Shown: positions 22,352 to 22,826 of the stretch, piece after piece | Position numbering within the stretch: position 1 is the stretch's first letter | Layout: each line of letters starts with the position of its first letter | Assembly (NCBI GenBank): GCA_900317765.1 | Contig: ONID01000024.1 | Span: 1-22,826 of the forward strand | Direction of reading: 5' to 3' | Source of the DNA: an uncultured Eubacteriales bacterium | GTDB lineage: Bacteria; Bacillota; Clostridia; Oscillospirales; Acutalibacteraceae | DNA: 22,826 nt | Notes under the pieces: generated by a model | The model's input: the letters and a program-made list of their open reading frames with translations, nothing else | Database searches by the model: none | What the model was told of the DNA's origin: nothing | Position numbers and translations under genes: made by a program

Positions 22352-22826
22352 CGCCGAGCGGTAACGGGTGGAGGTAAATCAGGCACTTGAAACCGTTCTT
22401 TTTGCCGCTGTCAAAGAGCCAGTAGATCGGGCGTTTCTGGTAGATTTTGCAATGGTCGGCAAAGAAATCATTGATGAAATAATTGCGGATAATTTCCCTC
22501 GGAGATTTAGCCGTTAGCCGTTGGCTGTTAGCCGTTAGCGCGGTTGCAATGAATTTCAGGTTTTCTTCCAGCGTTTCCCGACCGTAGACCGTTTCAATAA
22601 ATTTGACGAACAGCGTCACAATATCGTCCTCAAAATATTCATCGTCCGTAATCGGGAGAATGCCGTCTTTGTCCGGCTGGAACGTGACATATTTGGAAGA
22701 ATCCCACTCGCCTCCCGCATAAGCTAAACCGTCCACATCGAGCGAATACCGCCCGAACATACAGCCCACCGCGTAGGAAATCAGGGATTTTATTTCGCGC
22801 TGCAAATCCGCCTTGCGGACGGTCAC
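22344..22826 (-). CDS. pglX: BREX adenine methyltransferase PglX, C-terminal region (5' end off-window; terminated by a frame break)
   Basis: [28 protein letters not shown]...EYFEDDIV...[25 protein letters not shown] is followed by out-of-frame PLPLGDG*. Shifting one nucleotide at CACCCG gives [14 protein letters not shown]..., continuing into ORF 22136..22351. Confidence 0.85.
   Translation of the reverse strand: MTVRKADLQREIKSLISYAVGCMFGRYSLDVDGLAYAGGEWDSSKYVTFQPDKDGILPITDDEYFEDDIVTLFVKFIETVYGRETLEENLKFIATALTANSQRLTAKSPREIIRNYFINDFFADHCKIYQKRPIYWLFDSGKKNGFKCLIYLHPLPLGDG
22507..22541 (-). repeat. Imperfect tandem heptanucleotide repeat inside pglX
   Basis: The plus strand reads TTAGCCG TTAGCCG TTGGCTG TTAGCCG TTAGCGC (5 units, 3 of them perfect). 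It encodes [13 protein letters not shown]. Confidence 0.7.

Overview
This window is a mosaic accessory or defence-island region. Gene content and strong GGAGG-type ribosome-binding sites suggest a Clostridia-like Firmicute, but that is inference only.

Left part (1-3.9 kb): what looks like the end of a decayed integrated element.
- An edge-truncated winged-helix ORF on the minus strand that is missing from the supplied ORF track.
- A TIR-domain protein whose C-terminus looks like a DGR variable region.
- A truncated Avd-like gene, then a hairpin-rich repeat where a template repeat (TR) would be expected, then an intact DGR-type reverse transcriptase.
- A gutted large serine recombinase that abuts a truncated tetR.

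Middle part (4.2-17.5 kb):
- An SDR oxidoreductase and a lysin-like amidase ORF.
- A diverged, frameshifted pglZ remnant.
- An NHLP/PCAT-type double-glycine peptide export operon (short HlyD-like protein, C39-ABC transporter, second ABC transporter). It runs straight into an ECF sigma factor, a GG-leader peptide, an HExxH protein and a PAP2 phosphatase.
- A lipobox-bearing class-V aminotransferase, a GG-leader::hydrolase chimera, and a frameshifted cyclophilin-like lipoprotein.

Right part (17.5-22.8 kb, minus strand): the 3' half of a type-1 BREX locus that is decaying. pglX is split near its 3' end, pglZ is intact, and brxL is a 108-aa stub.

The best candidate for an undescribed system sits between pglX and pglZ. 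It is an intact, strikingly AT-rich two-gene cassette: a compact ABC-type ATPase plus a small PD-(D/E)xK-like protein. The second candidate is the TIR + Avd + DGR-RT module.

I found no rRNA, tRNA or CRISPR array. All family assignments come from motif recognition by eye. No searches were run.
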